Shown one piece after another: positions 1 through 10,056 of a stretch of 64,000 bases of DNA. Each line of letters starts with the position of its first letter. Position 1 is the stretch's first letter. Origin of the DNA: Brevinematales bacterium. Lineage in GTDB: Bacteria > Spirochaetota > Brevinematia > DTOW01. The notes below the pieces were generated by a model. It was given only the letters and a program-made list of their open reading frames with translations. It did no database searches and had not been told where the DNA came from. The translations under genes and the position numbers were made by a program. Where the stretch lies: contig JAOAHF010000004.1 in NCBI GenBank assembly GCA_026415355.1, forward strand, positions 13,897-77,896, read 5' to 3'.

Positions 1-1804
1 CCGACCTTTAAGCCAATCTCCCCTTCAGCATTTTTTAACTCATATAAACCCAATACTCCAGTTCCACCAAAAACCTTTTTATAGATATCATCTAGATTAA
101 TTTCTCTTTTTCTTAGATACCGGAATTTGTCTCTAAATACATCTTCACCTTCTTCATCTTTTAAACCGGTTCCACCATCTATTATGTTATCTATCCATTT
201 CTTTACTAATTCTTTTTCTTTGATAACTCTATTTATGAATTCCACAATTTGAATAACATCGGATTCCTCTTCTTTTCCTGTTACAGTCGTGCCTACAAAA
301 ATCCAGAGAGGTTTTTCAAGATTGTATTCTTTTGCTAGGTGTTTGTTTTCTTCATAAACAAGAACTTGCTCATAAAAAGATAAAAGATTTGCTACAAACA
401 TCACTTCCTGAAAGTTATCTATGTTGTTTGATTTTGCTACGTTTAACACCGAAAAGTCTTTACCATATCCATCAAGATAAAAATATTTGTAAGAATAATC
501 AAAGATTATTGATTTTGCGTATTCTTGGAGCGTTTTCTTATCATCTTCACTTAAGATCTGACCAAAAGTAGCACTGTATTCAAAAACGAAGCCGTCTTTT
601 GCAAGTTGGTTTCTAAGTTTTGCCCATTTTTGATCTTCTGATTTTCTCCCTTTATGACCTTCATCAACAAAAACTAAATTCTTACCCTCAAAAGCATCAA
701 CCTGAATCGTTAGTCCTCCACCTTTTTTCTCCTCAACGATCTTGGTTATCTCTATCACCAAAACCTCATTATCCCATTTTATACCACCATTTAAACTTCC
801 TCCATAAAGTCTGCATTGAATCCCGCTTTTTTGTAATTCCTCAAAGTGCTGTCTTGATAAACCCTCGTTCGGAGTGATAAGAATAATGTTATCAGGAGAA
901 AACAGTTTGTATTCAAGAAATTGATAATAATTTATGTGCATTATCAGTGTCTTACCCGAGCCAGTTGCCATCCAGAAGGCAAGCTTTTTAAGGTCATTTT
1001 TTGTGAACTTAAAGTCATTTTTCGTGAAGTTATCTATATCTATGTTTTTGTTTTTTTTGTAGCTTCCAAGGAACTCGTTGAGATTATTCAAAAACTCATC
1101 CCTTCTATTTTTTAAATTATCCAGAACAATTTCTGTAAAAAGAACTGCGAGGTATTGAAAATATTTCAGGTTTATCTGTCCTCTTTTTTCACTGATCTTT
1201 TTAACATAGGATTGGATATTTGTATCGTATCTCAAGAGTGTATCTTCTGGAATTTCAATTTTTCCAAAGGATGAACGCAAAACATTAACAACTGGTCTTG
1301 ATTTACCCAGTAGAGTTTTACTTCTTCACCGTTGTAAGGAATTGCGTATTTGTGCCCCTTTATGGAATAGCGATACTGCGGAATAAAATCTCCTTCTTCG
1401 TAATAGCGAGAGAAGAAGTTATAAAGGTTGTTGAAAACTTGTGATTTTATTTGGTCGATTTGTTCTATCTCTTCTTTCTGTACCTTAACTTTCATATATT
1501 CTTTGGCAAAGGACTTATTTTTGAACTCATCTTTGATTTCACCTGTAGGGGTAAAAGCGTTTTCACCAAGATTTTTAATGACTTCTTCTTTTGCTTTTTC
1601 AATCTTCTTATTTATTGTTTCCAGTCCTTCACTTTTGTGTTTTTTAAAAGCCTCCTCAACTATATTTTTAAGGTCTTCATCAATAAATTTCTCAATTTGT
1701 TCTCTTTTGTAATTCAAAATTCGGTATATCCCGAAATCTAAGTCAGATGAATCAAATTGGAAAATATTTTCCAACAAGCTTTGAAATTTTTGGATAGTAT
1801 CCAT
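1..1804 (-). pseudogene. Restriction-enzyme-type SF2 DEAH helicase (Res/HsdR-like) in two frames: a 190-aa N-terminal domain (1232..1804) plus a helicase core that runs off the window start
   Basis: The minus-strand frame is open from coordinate 1 to ~1329 and encodes Walker A LAFWMATGSGKTL, motif II LVFVDEGHKG and motif III FEYSATF. The upstream ORF 1232..1804 is in another frame. The two frames overlap over 1232..1329, so a single indel would join them. The C-terminus lies beyond coordinate 1. Confidence 0.55.
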
Positions 1805-1917
1805 AATTAATTATACCCTCCATTTTTAACTATTATATATTCACTTTTCCACTCCACACAAAGTAAGAATATCATAGTTGCATCCCTAACATAGTAAATA
1901 AAAGCAACCTTACAACG

Positions 1918-2904
1918 TCATAACGATATTATTGCAGATTTTAATTCTTCTATTCCCTCACCTGTTAATGCAGAAACAGTTTTAAAATCATAACCCTTCC
2001 TAGGTAGCGATTTTTTTATTTCTTCAATCATATCAGGTATCTTCCTTATTTCCTCTTCGTCCATTAAATCTATCTTATTCAAGACTACAAGTTTTATTTT
2101 TTTTATCAACTCCCTATTGTAGTTCTTAAGCTCATTTACGAGTACCTTTGCCTTTTCTTGTGGTTTGTCAACGATATCAAGAACCAGTATTATTGTCCTA
2201 GTTCTTTCAACATGTTTAAGGAATTCAATACCAAGCCCCACACCAAGGTGAGCATCTTCTACTATTCCCGGTATATCTGCTATAATTACCCTCATGTGTT
2301 GATATGATAATACTCCTAACACTGGTTCTACAGTTGTGAAAGGGTAGTCAGCTACTTTTGGAGTAGCACTAGTTAGTTTTCTTATTATTGACGACTTACC
2401 AGCATTTGGATATCCAACCAAACCTATATCTGCTATGAGCTTAAGGTCTAGTATTAACTCCCTTTCTTCTCCTTTTTCACCTTTTGTATATTGAGTAGGC
2501 GCTTGATTAGTAGAGCTTCTAAAATGCCAGTTACCAAGTCCTCCCTTTCCACCTCTTGCTACAACAAACCTATCAACATTAGTCATATCAACTATCAGTT
2601 TATTTGTGTTAGCATCAATAACCTGTGTACCTTTAGGAACTTCTATTATAACATCTTTACCATTTGCACCATGACACTTTCTACCACTACCATTTTCGCC
2701 GTTTTGAGCTCTAAAAACTTGATTATCGTAAATATGAGATAGCGTAGACAAATTAGGATTTACAACTATTATACAATCACCTCCCTTTCCACCATCCCCA
2801 CCATCAGGTCCACCCTTAGGAACGTACTTTTCCCTTCTAAACGATACACATCCATCACCTCCTTTACCAGCAATAACCTTTATTCTTACCATATCCTTAA
2901 ACAT
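1918..2904 (-). CDS. obg: GTPase Obg/CgtA (328 aa, lacks a C-terminal OCT/TGS extension)
   Basis: It has the N-terminal glycine-rich Obg fold (KGGDGCVSFRREKYVPKGGPDGGDGGKGG) and a GTPase domain with GYPNAGKSS, DIPG and NKID motifs. Confidence 0.9.
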   Translation of the reverse strand: MFKDMVRIKVIAGKGGDGCVSFRREKYVPKGGPDGGDGGKGGDCIIVVNPNLSTLSHIYDNQVFRAQNGENGSGRKCHGANGKDVIIEVPKGTQVIDANTNKLIVDMTNVDRFVVARGGKGGLGNWHFRSSTNQAPTQYTKGEKGEERELILDLKLIADIGLVGYPNAGKSSIIRKLTSATPKVADYPFTTVEPVLGVLSYQHMRVIIADIPGIVEDAHLGVGLGIEFLKHVERTRTIILVLDIVDKPQEKAKVLVNELKNYNRELIKKIKLVVLNKIDLMDEEEIRKIPDMIEEIKKSLPRKGYDFKTVSALTGEGIEELKSAIISL

Positions 2905-3118
2905 AATTCGACTCCTAAAAGCTTAAAAAGTATTAAGCTTATACTACCAAATTTTCCAAAAACTCCATTACCCATTAATTAAAGCCTAGAGACAACTAGA
3001 AGTTTTTGCAAACTATAAAATAGCATTATTCAAACATCCACTATCCAATTCAAAAACTAACACCTAAGACTTGAAATCCTCGTGAATTATGAGAACAAAA
3101 AAAGCAAAAAAGATTCAT

Positions 3119-4432
3119 CTAACGGTAATTATAAAATATAATCACTTCGTTAGTTTGACTGATATTCCCTCCAAAATCTTCAAGCCAGAGTTTTACGTCA
3201 GTTTTGTATGATTCTAGGCTAAGGAAAATATGTTTAAAATTATCAAAAACATTCTCAACAAATGTCCTACCATCAAATGAGTAGTATATACTCTTTACAC
3301 CACTACCATACTCTCCATCCGAAACTTCAACAAAAATTCTAACGTCTTTCGAATTTGCCTTAAAAGAATTTTTACCTATTATACTAGCACCCTCTACATC
3401 AATTCTTATAAAAGTAGGTTTTTCTCTATCCATGATAGAAGGCAAAACTCTAAAAAAAACATCAGCATTCGTATAGTTTCTCTCTAGATCAAAATATACT
3501 ACACTACAACTATAATCCCCCTCAGGTAAATCCAAATAAACTGTCTCGTAAGGTGAAATAAGAGATTCTTTATTCATCGACACTAACGGTAAAATATTAG
3601 TCATCAAATTCCCATCTCTACTAACAGTAAGATAAGAGTTATCTTTGTTTACACCATTAACATCTACCGGATCAGTCCACTTTATCCGTATCCTGTTTGT
3701 TCTATAAAAAACTGAATTATTTGTTGGATTTAGAATTCTAAAATAAGGTGGAGTATCATCAAACCTTACTCTAGTTTTCAACTCACTATTCCCTACCCTT
3801 ATGACATAGTCACCTTCGCTTGTGAAAGTATACTCAAAAATATTCAAACCTACAAATTTTTTTGAAGGATACGATTTGACTATATTTGTTATATTCTTGT
3901 CTAAATTTATAACCATTCCTTCATAAGGTAATTTATGAATGAAAAAGAACTTAAAAGGATTTGCCTTAGAATACCTAGGTATCTCTATACCTTTCATATC
4001 TTCAAACAACAGTATAGGCTGTTGCATGATATTTTCTATCAGAAAGACTATATTCGTTTTAAAGATCACCCTTCTGTCTTCAAGTATTAAGAAACTAATA
4101 CTATCTTGATTTTTCGATAAACTTAACACTATGGGAACAAATAAAACTATCTTGCTATCAGATATCTTCCTAAAAATTACATTTTCACCTATGGTAAATT
4201 CTTGCTTTTTATTTCTTAAATTCACTGTCAATTTTAAGTCATGTTTATGTGAATGATTTGCATCTCCAACTTTATAGTCTAACTCTATCAAGAAGACAGG
4301 ATTTTGTGGAATACTGTTTGTGTAATTAATTATTCTAAAACTATTTACAAAAAATGATTGTCCTTGAGAGTGAGAACAAACATAACTTATCGAAAAGAAT
4401 AAAAGGCTAAAAATCACAAATTTACTTCTCAT
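3119..4432 (-). CDS. Hypothetical secreted protein (signal peptide, 437 aa)
   Basis: The ORF is long with a hydrophobic N-terminus (MRSKFVIFSLLFFSISYVCS). I recognise no family. Confidence 0.55.
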   Translation of the reverse strand: MRSKFVIFSLLFFSISYVCSHSQGQSFFVNSFRIINYTNSIPQNPVFLIELDYKVGDANHSHKHDLKLTVNLRNKKQEFTIGENVIFRKISDSKIVLFVPIVLSLSKNQDSISFLILEDRRVIFKTNIVFLIENIMQQPILLFEDMKGIEIPRYSKANPFKFFFIHKLPYEGMVINLDKNITNIVKSYPSKKFVGLNIFEYTFTSEGDYVIRVGNSELKTRVRFDDTPPYFRILNPTNNSVFYRTNRIRIKWTDPVDVNGVNKDNSYLTVSRDGNLMTNILPLVSMNKESLISPYETVYLDLPEGDYSCSVVYFDLERNYTNADVFFRVLPSIMDREKPTFIRIDVEGASIIGKNSFKANSKDVRIFVEVSDGEYGSGVKSIYYSFDGRTFVENVFDNFKHIFLSLESYKTDVKLWLEDFGGNISQTNEVIIFYNYR

Positions 4433-4525
4433 AGTACTAAGTATATCTATACTAAAGATATTATTACAACTATCGAAGAAACAATAAGTTGAATTTGATT
4501 AAAACTAATTTCAAGAATTCTTTGT

Positions 4526-5080
4526 ATGAAGAAATTTGATGTCAAAGAGACAAATTTGGAAGGGGTTGTGATAATAGAGCCAAAGGTTTTCAAAGATGAA
4601 AGAGGTTTTTTCTTGGAGAGTTGGAATGAGAAAGTTTTCCAAGAAATAGGACTAAACTTTAAATTTGTCCAGGATAACCATTCCAGGTCTTTGAAAGGTG
4701 TGATAAGGGGATTACACTTTCAAGACCCATTTCCCCAAGGAAAACTTGTAAGAGTCGTAAGGGGAATGATATTTGATGTAGCAGTAGATATTAGGAAAGG
4801 TTCTCCAACATTTGGCAAATGGGTTTCAGTGTACCTGTCCGATGAAAATCTAAAAATGCTTTATATACCAGAAGGATTTGCTCACGGATTTTTGGTAGTA
4901 TCAGATATTGCAGATGTACTATATAAAACAACAGAATTTTACTACCCAGAGTACGATAAAGGTATAGTATGGAATGACAAGGATATAAACATAAAATGGC
5001 CACTAGAAGAATTTGGAATAATAAACCCCATAATATCAACAAAAGACTCTAATCTACCAAGACTAAGGGATATACTATGA
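4526..5080 (+). CDS. rmlC: dTDP-4-dehydrorhamnose 3,5-epimerase-like cupin (RmlC family)
   Basis: RmlC-type sequence (GVVIIEPKVFKDERGFF..RGLHFQ..QGKLVRVVRGMIFDVAVDIRKGSPTFGKW). No rmlABD partners are nearby. Confidence 0.8.
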   Translation: MKKFDVKETNLEGVVIIEPKVFKDERGFFLESWNEKVFQEIGLNFKFVQDNHSRSLKGVIRGLHFQDPFPQGKLVRVVRGMIFDVAVDIRKGSPTFGKWVSVYLSDENLKMLYIPEGFAHGFLVVSDIADVLYKTTEFYYPEYDKGIVWNDKDINIKWPLEEFGIINPIISTKDSNLPRLRDIL

Positions 5081-5469
5081 AACTAGAATATGTGTTAGCT
5101 GTATTTTTAGGAGGTGGACTAGGATCAGTTTTTAGATACATACTATCATACTACACAAACTTAACATTCAATATAGTCTTCCCGATAGGAACACTAGTAG
5201 TTAATTCTATAGGCTCATTTTTGATAGGTTTTTTGGGATACTTATTCGAAATCGCAATAATTTCATCAGAAATAAGAGTATTTCTAACGATTGGAGTGAT
5301 GGGTGGCTTCACAACGTTCTCAACATTCTCACTCGAAAACTTCAACCTACTAAGGGACGGTGAAATAAAACTTTTCCTAATTAATGTATCTTTATCAGTA
5401 TTACTAGGAGTGATGTTTGTAATAGTAGGACATAGTCTAGGTGAAATCATATTTAGGAGGAAGGTATGA
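5077..5469 (+). CDS. crcB: Fluoride ion channel CrcB/FluC
   Basis: It has four TM segments and CrcB motifs (GGGLGSVFRY, GGFTTFSTFSLE). Its start overlaps the rmlC stop (ATGA). Confidence 0.85.
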   Translation: MKLEYVLAVFLGGGLGSVFRYILSYYTNLTFNIVFPIGTLVVNSIGSFLIGFLGYLFEIAIISSEIRVFLTIGVMGGFTTFSTFSLENFNLLRDGEIKLFLINVSLSVLLGVMFVIVGHSLGEIIFRRKV

Positions 5470-5822
5470 AGCTATCTGGTAAAGCACTATTACTCAGAAT
5501 ATTCATAGGAGAAAGCGATAAGATAAAAGGTAAACCTGTTTACGAAGAGATCGTAATCAAAGCAAAAGAATTAGGTATAGCAGGTGCAACAGTAATAAGA
5601 GGAATTATGGGATTCGGTCCTACTAGTAGAATACATTCAGCTAAAATACTCGAACTTTCAACAGATTTACCAATAGTAGTAGAAATAGTTGATACTGAAG
5701 ATAAAATAAACTCACTTTTACCTCTGATAGACGAATTAGTCGAAGGTAAAGGTGGATTGATAACATTAGAGGAAGTAAAAGTTATAAGATACATTCACGG
5801 AGATAACAAAAACTCAAAGTAA
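5466..5822 (+). CDS. DUF190 PII-like protein that often accompanies crcB
   Basis: The sequence MKLSGKALLLRIFIGESDKI..GATVIRGIMGFG is typical of DUF190. It is translationally coupled to crcB by a 4-nt overlap. Confidence 0.75.
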   Translation: MKLSGKALLLRIFIGESDKIKGKPVYEEIVIKAKELGIAGATVIRGIMGFGPTSRIHSAKILELSTDLPIVVEIVDTEDKINSLLPLIDELVEGKGGLITLEEVKVIRYIHGDNKNSK

Positions 5823-5864
5823 GTAATTAACATCGAAAATTTTCAAATCTTTTACAAAAAGTCC

Positions 5865-6509
5865 TCAAAATTGTAAAGTATAATAAAAACTAAAACCAGG
5901 TATTGGAAAGACATTTAAATTTTCACCACCTATGATATACCCTTCTACCCTAAAAACATCAAAAAATTCAACTCCCACATTTGCAGATACTAAATTTTTT
6001 GAATAATTCGAGAGAACTTTATATTCCAAATCACCAGAAGAAAAGACGTTAGCAAAAAACCTAAAATTAACTATAAACTTAAACCACTCTGTCATAGATG
6101 ATTCCATATAAACTGGAACAACTAAATGAAAAGCATTTATGTAGAACCATAAATTGTTTGATTTTTCTGAAAGATATAGATAACTCACCCCAAGCCCTGT
6201 TGCAAATCTATTCTTGCTCGATTCAAAAGCTGAAATCTTTATATCAAAAAGAGAACTTATAGAAAAGAAATTATCATCTGGAATTCCATACGATATAAAA
6301 TTGCCTACCTCAATGCCAAAGAAATTTCCCTTAACCACCCCTTTCCTAACATGCGAAGAAAAGTATCTCGTATAGTTTGCTATCCCTACTGACAATTCTC
6401 TGCCGGATATTGAACTAGCATCTGTAGTTGGACTTATAACAGCAAATCTTACACAAGAAGACACAAAAATCTGTGTAATGAAAACAATAACAAAAATAAA
6501 CCATCTCAT
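5865..6509 (-). CDS. Putative outer-membrane (toga) beta-barrel protein
   Basis: It has a signal peptide, alternating amphipathic strands and a C-terminal aromatic residue (..YYTLQF). Its start overlaps the dapL stop. Confidence 0.5.
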   Translation of the reverse strand: MRWFIFVIVFITQIFVSSCVRFAVISPTTDASSISGRELSVGIANYTRYFSSHVRKGVVKGNFFGIEVGNFISYGIPDDNFFSISSLFDIKISAFESSKNRFATGLGVSYLYLSEKSNNLWFYINAFHLVVPVYMESSMTEWFKFIVNFRFFANVFSSGDLEYKVLSNYSKNLVSANVGVEFFDVFRVEGYIIGGENLNVFPIPGFSFYYTLQF

Positions 6510-7699
6510 GCTATACTGAGTTTTTTTATCCTGCTAACCGCTTCTTCTATTCTATCGTCTGGTGCAGTCAGAGATATTCTAAAGTACCCCTCACCATAAT
6601 CCCCAAAACCATTACCTGGTGTGACAACAATGCCAGCTTCTTTCAAGAATACTGTAGAGATCTGTTTTGAAGAAAAACCTTTAGGATTCTTAACCCATAC
6701 ATAAAAAGTGGCACTGGATGAATAAACTTCAAATCCAACATTTTTTAGCATATCCACAACTTTTCTCTTCCTTCTTGATATTATGTCTCTATTGCTTTGA
6801 ATATACTTATCCATATCTGGTTGTAATGCTCTTATACCTGCTATCTGAATAGCATTAAATACTCCAGAATCAACATTTGATTTTACACTCAAAAGGCCTT
6901 TTACTATCTCAGGATTTCCGATAGCAAAACCTATTCTCCAACCTGTCATATTAAAAGTCTTTGAAAGTGAATGAAACTCAATAGCAACATCCTTCGCACC
7001 AGGTACGTTGAATATACTTACAGGTTTATGATTTCCATCATATATCTCTGAATACGCCAGATCAGAACAAAGTATTATATTGTTTTTCTTAGCAAACCAC
7101 ACTGCTTTTTCAAGTTGCTCGTAAGTTGCTACTGCTGATGTTGGATTATTTGGGTAGTTTATAAACATGAGTTTAGCTTTTCTCAAAACCTCGCAAGATA
7201 TCTCGTCAAAATTTGGGAAGAAGTTATTCTCTTCTTTTAACGGCATCTTGTAAGGAGTTGCCCCTGCTAGTATGGTAGCAGAATTATAAACAGGATATCC
7301 AGGATCAGGAACTAGTGAAATATCTCCTGGCTCAAGAAAAGCCCAGTGTATGTGCGCTATGCCTTCCTTTGATCCTATGAGTGCTATAATTTCCGTTTTT
7401 GGATCAAACTCAACACCAAATCTTCTGTAAACCCATTCAGAAACTGCTTTCCTAAACTCAATCATACCTGCGTAAGAAGGATACTTCTGATTAGATGGAT
7501 TCTTAGCAGATTCATAAAGCGCCTCAACTATTGGATCCGGAGTAGGAATATCAGGATCTCCTATACTCAAATCTATAACATCAACACCTTTTTCTACCAT
7601 TTCTCTCTTGATTTCATCTATCTCAGCAAAAAGATATTTAGGAAGCTTCGAGAGATTACTTGATATTTTACTCTTTATATCCAACTGCTGACTCATCAT
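6506..7699 (-). CDS. dapL: LL-diaminopimelate aminotransferase (class I/II aminotransferase)
   Basis: The N-terminal LPKYLFAEIDEIK motif, the PLP-lysine region SLSKTFNMTGWRIGF and the 397-aa length fit DapL. Confidence 0.8.
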   Translation of the reverse strand: MMSQQLDIKSKISSNLSKLPKYLFAEIDEIKREMVEKGVDVIDLSIGDPDIPTPDPIVEALYESAKNPSNQKYPSYAGMIEFRKAVSEWVYRRFGVEFDPKTEIIALIGSKEGIAHIHWAFLEPGDISLVPDPGYPVYNSATILAGATPYKMPLKEENNFFPNFDEISCEVLRKAKLMFINYPNNPTSAVATYEQLEKAVWFAKKNNIILCSDLAYSEIYDGNHKPVSIFNVPGAKDVAIEFHSLSKTFNMTGWRIGFAIGNPEIVKGLLSVKSNVDSGVFNAIQIAGIRALQPDMDKYIQSNRDIISRRKRKVVDMLKNVGFEVYSSSATFYVWVKNPKGFSSKQISTVFLKEAGIVVTPGNGFGDYGEGYFRISLTAPDDRIEEAVSRIKKLSIA

Positions 7700-7833
7700 A
7701 TCCTCCTATACCAATGATTAAAAAAACATAAAACTAAATCACGTCCTATTAACCTCTGGTCGATAGAAATTATAAAAAACACCTACTCCATACTATCAAT
7801 CAAACCCAAAAGTCACCCGAGAGATTAGAAATC

Positions 7834-8877
7834 CTAATCTCTAAACGCCTTTAAAGCCTTAGTAGGTTTACCATCATTTTTCCAAATACTCATAGAATAT
7901 CCACTCCATATTTCTGCTCCTTGAGGTTCCCAATACAAAACCCCTATTCCTTTCTTACCAATCACACTTCTAACACCATTTATCAAAGATACTAAAATAT
8001 CATAAGTTTCATCTTCTCTGTAATAAAAGTGTCCTGTCTCTACAACCATAACATATTTTCTGTACAATCTAACCATTTCATTCATATTAGATATAAGCAT
8101 AGGCAAAGTTTTTCTCCAATCTCCAGCCCAATAAGGATAATAAGACATACCTATCACATCGTAGTCTGTAAAATATCTATTAAGATTACCGAAAAACCAC
8201 TTAAATAGCTCTACATCATGCCCTTTCGCAAGATGTATAACTACTAATGTTTTAGGACTTACCTCTCTGACTGCTCTCACTCCAAATTTTATAAGTTCTG
8301 CTAAATTTGAAAAGTTTGTATAACTACCATCAGGCCACAACATACCAGAATTTATCTCATTACCAATTTGCACAAACTCTGGATAAATACCCCTACTAGC
8401 AAGTTTAATCATAACATCCTTTGTGTATTCATAAACTTTAGTTTTTAATTGATCAAAAGTAAGATCTTGCCAATTTTTGGGTTTATACTGCTTTGATGGA
8501 TCAGCCCAACTATCACTATAATGAAAGTTTATCATCAAATATAAACCCTTTTTCTTAACTCTAACTGCCATATCAACAGTTTCATCAACACTACAATGTC
8601 CATTGATAGGATCATTACTCGGATTAACCCACGTACGCAACCGTATTGTATTCATTCCATTTTCCTTGAGTATGTCGAGTAAATCCATTTTACTACCACT
8701 AAAATTGTAAAACACAAACCCACTTTGTTCCATCTGTGGAAGCCAAGAAACATCAGCTCCTTTGAAAAATACTTTACTTCTAAATCTTGCTACTCCTTTA
8801 GAGATATTTTGTCTACTAGTAAAATCAACACATCCAAAAACAAAAAAGAAAGATAACAAAATCACAAAAATTCTCAT
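7834..8877 (-). CDS. Arabinogalactan endo-1,4-beta-galactanase, GH53, lipoprotein
   Basis: It carries the GH53 blocks IRLRTWVNP and FHYSDSWADP. The likely start is the internal Met at 8877 (MRIFVILLSFFFVFGC lipobox) rather than the track start 8925. Confidence 0.8.
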   Translation of the reverse strand: MRIFVILLSFFFVFGCVDFTSRQNISKGVARFRSKVFFKGADVSWLPQMEQSGFVFYNFSGSKMDLLDILKENGMNTIRLRTWVNPSNDPINGHCSVDETVDMAVRVKKKGLYLMINFHYSDSWADPSKQYKPKNWQDLTFDQLKTKVYEYTKDVMIKLASRGIYPEFVQIGNEINSGMLWPDGSYTNFSNLAELIKFGVRAVREVSPKTLVVIHLAKGHDVELFKWFFGNLNRYFTDYDVIGMSYYPYWAGDWRKTLPMLISNMNEMVRLYRKYVMVVETGHFYYREDETYDILVSLINGVRSVIGKKGIGVLYWEPQGAEIWSGYSMSIWKNDGKPTKALKAFRD

Positions 8878-9087
8878 GAGAAAATTATTAATGATAGCAA
8901 TAAAACCTAACATCAATAAAAACATTACTTTACCAAGTACAACAACAAAACTTTAACTTCCTATCAGGAATTTGATCATCTGTTAGCTTTAAATTCTATT
9001 CGGCTGCAACGTAAAAACTTTAAACTCGTATTACGAAAAAAATAAAATTACTAAAGTAGTACCAAACTTCTCAAACAAATTAGAAAA

Positions 9088-9966
9088 ATGCAAAAAAAAT
9101 ACCCAAAGGACAACCGTATGAGTAATGATAGCCATATATGTACAAACAACAAAATCGTGATAGATAAAATTGAAATATTACCTTTTCAATCTATACTCAA
9201 ACAACCTTCAAAAAATACAATACAAATAAGTATAAACGAAGATACAAACATATGGATTTACAACAACAACTTGAGTTCAGTTCAAAAGAGAATAACACTA
9301 AAACAATTAAAGTTTTTAACGAAATTATTCGATTTCTTTTTAAATTATCAGAACTCCAAAAACCAAAATCCAAAGTTTATAGCATCAAAATCTTACCTAC
9401 CTGTAGAAGTTTCTGAATACCTGCTAAACTGTAGCGAACTGACAAATTTAATGTCTAAGTCATCACCCTTAAACCTCGTAAAAAAGGTTATTGAAAAAGT
9501 AACACTAAATTTTTCCGACTGCTTCACAGTATCATTTTTTTCTCTTTTCAACTTTAAAGAATACCAAGAATACAACAAAATCCAACACTACCTAGCAAAC
9601 TACAAACAAATAAATAGGGAGATTCTAAATCTGTTCAAAGTGCTTATGAAGAAAGAAATAGTAATAATTAGCAACAACCTAGTTGGTGACACAATCATAA
9701 ACACAATAATACCAAACCAAAAAACCCAAAGAAATATTAAGGTAATACATTCAAATTCATATTTAATACCTTTACAAAAAATAAATATATTTGATCTACT
9801 TATGGTTTACTACGTATCATCTTCCTTTGAAATAAAGGACAACATAGTTGTAGGTAGAATATCCAAAAGAAAACTATCATCTTTATCAAATGCAAAAATC
9901 CTACAAGAAATAGAAAGCGTGTTAAAAAGGTTAAAAGTATCGAGTAAAAATGTCAAGCAACACTGA
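9088..9966 (+). CDS. Hypothetical protein, N/K/S-rich, with no recognisable family
   Basis: 292-aa ORF with a very A-rich coding strand. It lies between the galactanase and trpF. It is possibly spurious or foreign. Confidence 0.45.
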   Translation: MQKKYPKDNRMSNDSHICTNNKIVIDKIEILPFQSILKQPSKNTIQISINEDTNIWIYNNNLSSVQKRITLKQLKFLTKLFDFFLNYQNSKNQNPKFIASKSYLPVEVSEYLLNCSELTNLMSKSSPLNLVKKVIEKVTLNFSDCFTVSFFSLFNFKEYQEYNKIQHYLANYKQINREILNLFKVLMKKEIVIISNNLVGDTIINTIIPNQKTQRNIKVIHSNSYLIPLQKINIFDLLMVYYVSSSFEIKDNIVVGRISKRKLSSLSNAKILQEIESVLKRLKVSSKNVKQH

Positions 9967-10056
9967 TACTTAGTAGAATTAAACTTGTAACACTACTCAT
10001 GAGTACAATGAGTAAATAGACTCTTGAAATACAAATTTTATAAACTTTCATACAAT

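Noticed and set aside
332-1115. Three + strand ORFs (79, 85 and 64 aa)
   Set aside because: They lie antisense to the open helicase reading frame and are low-complexity, so they are shadow ORFs.
1428-1741. Two overlapping + strand ORFs of 94 and 96 aa
   Set aside because: They are antisense shadows inside the 190-aa N-terminal domain ORF and are F/S/L-rich.
4433-4525. Possible fluoride riboswitch ahead of the rmlC-crcB operon
   Set aside because: I could not find the conserved crcB-motif helices or the GGCGATGG/CTCCTAC-like core. The region is AT-rich and unstructured.
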